DNA of 64,000 nucleotides from assembly GCA_944386525.1 (NCBI GenBank), contig CALXBL010000001.1, forward strand, positions 16,724-80,723. Reading direction: 5' to 3'. This document shows, in pieces, positions 56,467 through 64,000 of this stretch. The stretch is from an uncultured Ruminococcus sp. (lineage in GTDB: Bacteria; Bacillota; Clostridia; Oscillospirales; Ruminococcaceae). The notes under the pieces were generated by a model. It ran no database searches. It saw nothing but the letters and a program-made list of their open reading frames with translations, and was not told the origin of the DNA. Positions within the stretch are counted from its first letter, which is position 1. Every line of letters begins with the position of its first letter. The position numbers were made by a program, and so were the translations under genes.

Positions 56467-56961
56467 ATGGAAAACTTTGTAATTTCAATTCTGGTTACCA
56501 ACCGCTCCGGTGTGCTGACTCGTGTTTCCAGTATGTTCACACGCCGCGGCTTCAATATCGACACCCTAACTGTTGGCGAAACTGAATCACCTGAATTCTC
56601 ACGCATTACCGTAACTCACCGAGGCGATAAGGCTGTCTGCGAGCAGATAGTAAAGCAGCTTGAAAAGATGTATGACGTTCAGAAGGTGCAGGTAATGCAG
56701 CGTGATACTACAGTTGCACGTGAGCTGCTCCTCATAAAGGTAAAGCACTTCTCAGAGCAGCGTCAGGACATTATGTCTATTGCGGATGTTTTCCGTGCAA
56801 AGATCATTGATTTTTCACAGCAGGCTCTGGTTATCGAGCTTCAGGGTGCAACATCCAAGATTAACGCTTTTATTGAGCTTCTCAAACCCTACGGCATTCT
56901 CGAAATGTGCCGCACCGGTCTTGTGGCTCTTGAAAGAGGCGGCAATTGTCTTAAAGACTAA
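56467..56961 (+). CDS. ilvN: Acetolactate synthase small (regulatory, ACT-domain) subunit
   Basis: ISILVTNRSGVLTRVSSMFTRRGFNIDTLTVGETE is the typical IlvN/IlvH ACT domain. The ATG at 56467 follows AAGAGGTG. Confidence 0.9.
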   Translation: MENFVISILVTNRSGVLTRVSSMFTRRGFNIDTLTVGETESPEFSRITVTHRGDKAVCEQIVKQLEKMYDVQKVQVMQRDTTVARELLLIKVKHFSEQRQDIMSIADVFRAKIIDFSQQALVIELQGATSKINAFIELLKPYGILEMCRTGLVALERGGNCLKD

Positions 56962-56971
56962 CCGCCCGTAA

Positions 56972-58048
<1,077 letters not shown>

Positions 58049-58109
58049 TCTCTTTGCAGAATAAAATTTCATAAAATATCCGTTTGCATTGTGTGATCGG
58101 ACTGTACTT

Positions 58110-58149
58110 GCTGCTTTCCCGATTTTTATGGAAAAGCAGCATTTCTTTT
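58110..58149 (+). terminator. Hairpin plus U-tract between ilvC and ilvD (internal terminator or attenuator)
   Basis: GCTGCTTTCC - loop - GGAAAAGCAGC (one bulged A), followed by ATTTCTTTT. Confidence 0.4.
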
Positions 58150-58205
58150 ACTTACTCAACTCCTTTGAAAATAGATTTGAAAGTATAATAAATTGAGGTG
58201 AAAAT

Positions 58206-59867
58206 ATGAGCAGTAATTTCTATTGTGACGGCGTTGACATGGCGCCTCAGCGTTCACTGCTGAATGCCCTTGGTATGACTAAGGAGGAAATGCAGCGACC
58301 TATGGTTGGTATCGTTTCCTCATATAATGAGATAGTTCCCGGACATATGAATATCGACAAAATCGTTGAGGCTGTAAAGCTGGGCGTTGCTATGGCTGGC
58401 GGTACTCCTGTTGTGTTCCCGGCAATTGCAGTCTGCGATGGCATTGCTATGGGTCATGTGGGCATGAAATATTCTCTTGTTACACGTGACCTTATTGCAG
58501 ATTCCACTGAGTGCATGGCTCTTGCACATCACTTCGATGCACTCGTTATGATCCCTAACTGCGATAAGAATGTTCCCGGTCTGCTTATGGCTGCCGCAAG
58601 AGTTAATGTCCCCACTATATTTGTAAGCGGAGGACCTATGCTGGCTGGTCATGTTAAAGGCAATAAAACAAGCCTATCCAGTATGTTTGAGGCTGTAGGC
58701 TCCTATTCAGCAGGCAAGTTCACTCTGGAGGACGTTGAAGAATTTGAAAACAAAGCTTGTCCTACCTGCGGTTCATGTTCTGGTATGTATACTGCAAACT
58801 CCATGAACTGCCTTACTGAGGTGCTGGGTATGGCTCTCCGTGGAAACGGCACAATCCCGGCTGTATATTCCGACAGAATAAAGCTTGCTAAACACGCCGG
58901 TATGGCTGTTATGGAGCTTTACAGAAAGAATATCCGTCCTCGTGACATTATGACTGAAAAGGCTTTTGAGAACGCCCTCACTGCTGACATGGCTCTGGGC
59001 TGCTCAACAAACAGTATGCTCCATCTGCCGGCTATAGCTAATGAGTGCGGCATAAAGATAAACCTTGACATGGCAAACGAGGTCAGCGCAAGAACTCCCA
59101 ATATCTGTCACCTTGCTCCGGCAGGTCACGCTTACATGGAGGATCTTAATGAGGCTGGCGGCGTATATGCTGTCCTCAATGAGCTTAACAAGAAAAACCT
59201 AATCCATACAGACGTTCTCACCTGCACAGGCAAGACTCTGGGCGAAAATATCAGCGGTGTGATAAACAAGAACCACGACATAATCCGTCCTATCGAAGAA
59301 CCATACAGCCAGACCGGCGGTATTGCTGTACTTAGAGGAAACCTCGCTCCAGACGGCTGCGTTGTAAAGAGAAGCGCAGTTGCTCAGGAAATGATGCAGC
59401 ACAAGGGTCCCGCTAAGGTATTCGACAGCGAGGAAGACGCTATTGCTGCTATTAAAGGCGGCGATATAAAGGCTGGAGATATCGTTGTTATACGCTATGA
59501 GGGTCCGGCTGGCGGCCCCGGCATGAGAGAAATGCTCTCACCTACTTCTGCGATCGCAGGCATGGGTCTTGATAAGGAAGTCGCTCTCATCACCGACGGA
59601 CGCTTCTCAGGTGCAACACGTGGAGCTGCTATAGGTCATGTTTCTCCTGAGGCTGTAAGCGGAGGTAATATCGCCTATGTAAAGGACGGCGATATCATAT
59701 CCATCGATATCCCCAACTACAGGATAAACCTTGAGGTATCCGACGAAGAACTGGAAAACCGCAAGAAAACTATGAAAATCAAGGTCAAGGAAAATCTCAC
59801 CGGCTATCTCAGACGCTATTCAAAAATGGTTGCGTCTGCTGATAAGGGTGCTATCATAAATTACTAA
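58206..59867 (+). CDS. ilvD: Dihydroxy-acid dehydratase
   Basis: [21 protein letters not shown] and [10 protein letters not shown] motifs. 553 aa. Confidence 0.95.
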   Translation: MSSNFYCDGVDMAPQRSLLNALGMTKEEMQRPMVGIVSSYNEIVPGHMNIDKIVEAVKLGVAMAGGTPVVFPAIAVCDGIAMGHVGMKYSLVTRDLIADSTECMALAHHFDALVMIPNCDKNVPGLLMAAARVNVPTIFVSGGPMLAGHVKGNKTSLSSMFEAVGSYSAGKFTLEDVEEFENKACPTCGSCSGMYTANSMNCLTEVLGMALRGNGTIPAVYSDRIKLAKHAGMAVMELYRKNIRPRDIMTEKAFENALTADMALGCSTNSMLHLPAIANECGIKINLDMANEVSARTPNICHLAPAGHAYMEDLNEAGGVYAVLNELNKKNLIHTDVLTCTGKTLGENISGVINKNHDIIRPIEEPYSQTGGIAVLRGNLAPDGCVVKRSAVAQEMMQHKGPAKVFDSEEDAIAAIKGGDIKAGDIVVIRYEGPAGGPGMREMLSPTSAIAGMGLDKEVALITDGRFSGATRGAAIGHVSPEAVSGGNIAYVKDGDIISIDIPNYRINLEVSDEELENRKKTMKIKVKENLTGYLRRYSKMVASADKGAIINY

Positions 59868-59885
59868 GAAAGAGAGTGAATATTA

Positions 59886-61148
59886 ATGGGCATGACAATG
59901 ACACAAAAGATCCTGGCTGCACACGCCGGTCTCGACAGCGTTGAGGCAGGTCAGCTGATCCTGGTAAACCTGGACAGAGTTCTGGGCAACGATATTACAT
60001 CTCCCGTTGCTATCCGTGAATTCGATAAGCTGGGTATAGACAAGGTATACGACAAGGACAAGGTGACTATGGTCATGGATCACTTTGCTCCGAATAAGGA
60101 CATCAAGGCTGCTACTCAGTGTAAAATGTGTCGTGATTTCTGCGCTGAAAAGGAAGTTACACACTTCTATGATGTAGGTCAGATGGGTATCGAACACGCT
60201 CTGCTGCCGGAAAAAGGTCTGGTAGTTTCAGGCGATGTCGTTATCGGTGCCGACTCCCACACCTGTACTTACGGCGCACTGGGCGCTTTCTCCACTGGCG
60301 TAGGCTCTACTGATATGGCCTGCGGCATGGCTATCGGCAAGGCTTGGTTCAAAGTTCCATCTGCTATCAAGTTTGAGCTGAAGGGTAAGCTCAACCCCTA
60401 TGTCTCCGGCAAGGACGTTATCCTCCACATAATCGGTATGATAGGTGTGGACGGCGCACTCTACCGCTCTATGGAGTTCACCGGCGAAGGCGTTGCAAGC
60501 CTCTCCATCAGCGACAGACTGACTATGACTAACATGGCTATAGAGGCTGGCGCTAAGAACGGTATATTTGAAGTTGATGAGCAGACTCTTGCATACATAG
60601 CTGAGCACAGCAACCGCAAGCCTGTTGTATACAAGGCCGACGAAGACGCTGTTTATGACGAAACGTATGTTATCGACCTTTCTGAGATAAAGTCTACTGT
60701 TGCATTCCCGCACCTGCCTGAAAATACACGCACCATCGACAACGTTGGCGATGTGAAGATCGATCAGGTAGTTATCGGCTCCTGCACAAACGGCTTCTAC
60801 CGTGACATCGAGGAGGCTGCATCTATTTTCAAGGGCAAAAAGGTTGCCAAAAACGTACGTGCCATCATAATTCCTGCAACTCAGGACATCTACCTGAAGG
60901 CTATGGAAAATGGTCTGCTGAAAATATTCATTGAGGCCGGATGTATTGTTTCCACACCTACCTGCGGTCCATGTCTGGGCGGTCATATGGGAATCCTGGC
61001 AGCCGGCGAACGTGCTGTTTCCACAACTAACCGCAACTTTGTGGGAAGAATGGGTCACCCCACATCTGAGGTATATCTGGCAAGTCCGGCTGTTGCTGCT
61101 GCAAGCGCTATAACCGGTAAGATTTCTGGTCCTGAGGAGGTAATGTAA
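59886..61148 (+). CDS. leuC: 3-isopropylmalate dehydratase large subunit
   Basis: Aconitase-family motifs are present (GADSHT, IGSCTNG, CGPCLG). 420 aa, followed immediately by the small subunit. Confidence 0.92.
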   Translation: MGMTMTQKILAAHAGLDSVEAGQLILVNLDRVLGNDITSPVAIREFDKLGIDKVYDKDKVTMVMDHFAPNKDIKAATQCKMCRDFCAEKEVTHFYDVGQMGIEHALLPEKGLVVSGDVVIGADSHTCTYGALGAFSTGVGSTDMACGMAIGKAWFKVPSAIKFELKGKLNPYVSGKDVILHIIGMIGVDGALYRSMEFTGEGVASLSISDRLTMTNMAIEAGAKNGIFEVDEQTLAYIAEHSNRKPVVYKADEDAVYDETYVIDLSEIKSTVAFPHLPENTRTIDNVGDVKIDQVVIGSCTNGFYRDIEEAASIFKGKKVAKNVRAIIIPATQDIYLKAMENGLLKIFIEAGCIVSTPTCGPCLGGHMGILAAGERAVSTTNRNFVGRMGHPTSEVYLASPAVAAASAITGKISGPEEVM

Positions 61149-61149
61149 C

Positions 61150-61644
61150 ATGAAATTTGAAGGTACTGTCATAAAGTACGGCGATAATGTTGATACAGAC
61201 GTTATTATCCCTGCAAGATACTTAAATACTATTGACGTAAAGGAACTTGCCTCCCACTGCATGGAGGACATCGATACTACATTTACAAGCCGTGTCAAGG
61301 AAGGCGATATCATGGTTGCCGGCGAGAATTTCGGCTGCGGCTCCTCCCGTGAACACGCTCCTATTGCTATCAAGGCAAGCGGTATATCTCTTGTAATAGC
61401 TAAGAGCTTTGCAAGAATCTTCTACCGCAACTCAATAAACATCGGTCTTGCTATCGTTGAGTGTCCCGAGGCTGCTGAGGCAATCGAAGAGGGTCACATT
61501 GTAGAGGCCGACCTTGACAACGGTATACTCCTTGACAAGACAACAGGCGCTTCCTACAAAACTGCCCCGTTCCCGGCATTTATACAGACCATTATCGAAA
61601 ACGGCGGTCTGATCGAATCCATACGCAAGGGCGCAGTAAAGTAA
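61150..61644 (+). CDS. leuD: 3-isopropylmalate dehydratase small subunit
   Basis: [14 protein letters not shown] motif. 164 aa. The start is 1 nt after the leuC stop. Confidence 0.92.
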   Translation: MKFEGTVIKYGDNVDTDVIIPARYLNTIDVKELASHCMEDIDTTFTSRVKEGDIMVAGENFGCGSSREHAPIAIKASGISLVIAKSFARIFYRNSINIGLAIVECPEAAEAIEEGHIVEADLDNGILLDKTTGASYKTAPFPAFIQTIIENGGLIESIRKGAVK

Positions 61645-61667
61645 TTTTTTTCAAGGAGGAATCGCAG

Positions 61668-62750
61668 ATGACTTATAATATCGGTCTGCTCAGAGGCGAT
61701 GGTATCGGTCCGGAGATCGTTGACAGCGCTGTAAGAGTTCTGGAAGCTGTAGGCGAAAAGTTCGGCCATACATTCAATTTCACAAAATACCTTATCGGCG
61801 GTGCTGCCATTGACGAAACAGGCGTTCCGCTGCCTGAGGAAACTGTCAAGGGCTGTCTGGCAAGCGACAGCGTACTGCTGGGCGCAGTAGGCGGAGCAGT
61901 AGGCAATTCCAAGTGGGATACACTTCCGCCAAATCTCCGTCCTGAAAAGGCTCTGCTTGGCATACGTGAGGCTATGGGACTCTTTACAAATCTCCGTCCG
62001 GCAAAGCTCTACCCTGCTCTCAAGGGCGAGTGCCCTCTCCGTGAGGATATTGTAGCCAAGGGTTTTGACATCATGATTGTGCGTGAACTTACCGGCGGCA
62101 TCTACTTCGGCGAAAGAGGCAGACGTGACGGCAAGTACGGCGCTGAGGCATACGATACAGAATGCTACAGCGAAATGGAAGTTGAACGCATTGCAAGAGT
62201 TGCCTTTGAAACTGCTCAGAAGAGAAACAAGAATGTTATTTCCATCGATAAGGCAAACGTTCTGGAAAGCTCCAGACTTTGGCGTGAGGTAGTACACAGA
62301 GTTGCTGCTGAATATCCGGACGTTACTGTTACTGATATGCTGGTCGATAATGCCGCTATGCAGCTTGTAAAGAATCCAAGACAGTTCGACGTTGTTGTAA
62401 CTTCAAATATGTTCGGTGATATCCTCTCCGACGAGGCTTCTCAGATAACAGGTTCTATCGGTATGCTCCCGTCTGCATCACTCGGCAGCACAAAGAACGG
62501 ACTCTATGAGCCTATCCACGGTTCTGCTCCTGATATTGCAGGTCAGAATAAGGCTAATCCTATTGCTACTATTCTTTCAGCGGCAATGATGCTCCGCTAC
62601 TCCTTCAACCTTATGGACGAGGCTCAGGCTATTGAGGTCGCTGTTGACAAGTATCTTGAGGCAGGCTACAGAACTGTCGATCTGGCTGGCAATGGCACAA
62701 CTCCCCTGTCAACCACTGAGTGTACTGACAAGATACTGGAGCTTCTATAA
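61668..62750 (+). CDS. leuB: 3-isopropylmalate dehydrogenase
   Basis: [22 protein letters not shown] (here [12 protein letters not shown]) and GSAPDIAG motifs. Confidence 0.95.
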   Translation: MTYNIGLLRGDGIGPEIVDSAVRVLEAVGEKFGHTFNFTKYLIGGAAIDETGVPLPEETVKGCLASDSVLLGAVGGAVGNSKWDTLPPNLRPEKALLGIREAMGLFTNLRPAKLYPALKGECPLREDIVAKGFDIMIVRELTGGIYFGERGRRDGKYGAEAYDTECYSEMEVERIARVAFETAQKRNKNVISIDKANVLESSRLWREVVHRVAAEYPDVTVTDMLVDNAAMQLVKNPRQFDVVVTSNMFGDILSDEASQITGSIGMLPSASLGSTKNGLYEPIHGSAPDIAGQNKANPIATILSAAMMLRYSFNLMDEAQAIEVAVDKYLEAGYRTVDLAGNGTTPLSTTECTDKILELL

Positions 62751-62757
62751 AAACTAA

Positions 62758-62785
62758 ATGCCATCCGGTCAAAATCGGATGGCAT
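62758..62785 (+). terminator. Hairpin after leuB (weak U-tail)
   Basis: Perfect 10-bp stem, ATGCCATCCG / CGGATGGCAT, followed by ATCTT. Confidence 0.45.
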
Positions 62786-62818
62786 ATCTTAAATTCAGAA
62801 AAGAGATGGCCATATATT

Positions 62819-64000
62819 ATGAATCTCAAAGATAAACTTGCATGGGGCTTTGACTCTCTGGTAATATTCCGGGGGATACTAAACGACCCGGTTATCGGTG
62901 CAATGTCTGCATTATGCCACACTGACGATAATGATATGTCCGCCAAAATGAAACGCTACAGCGAAATGGTATCTGCTCTCTACGAAAAGACCGACTGTCT
63001 CACCGACTATATCCAGGAGCTTGTGCTGGAGCACGAACACTCATGTATCGTCCGTGCAGGCGCAGGCGTGGAAGTTCCTGATGTTATGAGAAGGACTCTT
63101 GACAGTGAACTTGAATTTCTCGGCATGACGGCGGCTATTACTCCAGCAGAGCTTATGGGTGAAAATATTCCTGCTGCCTTGTGGAATACAAGGAAAATAG
63201 ATCTCAAAAACGCATACTATAAACGTGAAGCTGCTGTTGATAAACACGGCTACGGCATCTTTGCAAAGTATCATATGTTCACTGTGAATAATAAGGGCGA
63301 TATTACACCTGTTCTCCACCCCGACCCTGTCACCTTCGATCAGCTTGTAGGCTATGAGCGTGAGCGAAAAACTGCTGTGGACAACATAAAGGCTCTCCTT
63401 GCAGGAAATTATGCGGCAAACGTCCTACTCTCAGGAGACGCAGGAACCGGTAAATCTGCTACAGTCAAGGCTATTGCAAATACATACCGTGAACAGGGAT
63501 TAAGACTCATTGAGCTTAACAAGTCGGAGCTTTGTTTTATTCCGCGCATAATGGACAGACTTTGCAAAAATCCACTGAAGTTCATTATATTTATAGATGA
63601 CCTTACATTCTCCGAAGACGACCCGAACTTCGGAACACTGAAGGCTACATTAGAAGGCAGCATCTCAGCAAGAATGAGTAATACTGTTATCTACGCCACA
63701 AGCAACCGCCGTCATATCGTTAAAGAAACCTTCAGCGACGGCAGCGATAAACACGAAAACGATACCGTTCAGGAGAGAATATCTCTTTCAGAACGATTTG
63801 GTATCACTATCACATTCCAGCGTCCTCAGAAGAAGCTATACCTTGAGATCGTCCATGAGCTTGCACGTCAGGCTGGTCTGAAAATAGATGAAAGTATTCT
63901 TGATGCCAAGGCTGAACAGTTCGCCCTCTGTAAAAGCGGCAGAAGCTCACGTGCGGCAAGGCAGCTCATAGACCAGCTCATCGTGGAACAGAATAACGAA
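62819..64000 (+). CDS. AAA-type ATP-binding protein, DUF815 family (partial; runs off the window end)
   Basis: Absent from the ORF track because there is no stop inside the window. The ATG is at 62819-62821 and the frame is open to 64000 (394 codons). Walker A is VLLSGDAGTGKSA, Walker B is FIIFIDDL, and ATSNRRH follows. The family is named from memory. Confidence 0.65.
   Translation, partial: MNLKDKLAWGFDSLVIFRGILNDPVIGAMSALCHTDDNDMSAKMKRYSEMVSALYEKTDCLTDYIQELVLEHEHSCIVRAGAGVEVPDVMRRTLDSELEFLGMTAAITPAELMGENIPAALWNTRKIDLKNAYYKREAAVDKHGYGIFAKYHMFTVNNKGDITPVLHPDPVTFDQLVGYERERKTAVDNIKALLAGNYAANVLLSGDAGTGKSATVKAIANTYREQGLRLIELNKSELCFIPRIMDRLCKNPLKFIIFIDDLTFSEDDPNFGTLKATLEGSISARMSNTVIYATSNRRHIVKETFSDGSDKHENDTVQERISLSERFGITITFQRPQKKLYLEIVHELARQAGLKIDESILDAKAEQFALCKSGRSSRAARQLIDQLIVEQNNE

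Overview
This 64-kb chromosomal segment looks like a Ruminococcus-type (Oscillospiraceae, Clostridia) fibre-degrading anaerobe. The taxon call rests on several secreted proteins with Ruminococcus-style type I dockerins, Thr-rich linkers and AT-rich sigma-A promoters, and is an inference. The window interleaves three kinds of region. (1) Housekeeping blocks: rpe, a DUF4015-like gene, hprK, murB, rapZ, whiA, dnaE and pfkA on the minus strand, and a complete branched-chain amino acid cluster (ilvB-ilvN-ilvC, then ilvD-leuC-leuD-leuB) diverging from a T-box-controlled leuA. (2) Sugar and nitrogen metabolism: an L-fucose operon (fucA-fucU-fucK-fucI) and a glutamine-synthetase-like / ANTAR / asnB operon. 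(3) Accessory cell-surface and CAZyme loci: a frameshifted GH31, a dockerin beta-helix protein, a double PL1 pectate lyase with dockerin, a 1119-aa dockerin protein of unknown function, a secreted lysozyme-like lectin protein, a GtrB-like + GT-C glycosylation pair, a collagen-like protein next to a GT2-TPR protein glycosyltransferase, and an Lsa-type ABC-F gene behind a leader-peptide attenuator. No tRNA or rRNA genes, CRISPR arrays, transposases, integrases or prophage blocks were recognised. The best candidates for undescribed biology are: the operon pairing a catalytically degenerate GS paralogue with an ANTAR regulator whose receiver lacks the phospho-acceptor Asp; the GT2-TPR/collagen-like pair; the internally duplicated dockerin protein; and the long sORF-containing leader of the glycosylation operon. 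All family assignments come from reading motifs in the supplied translations, and no database search was run.
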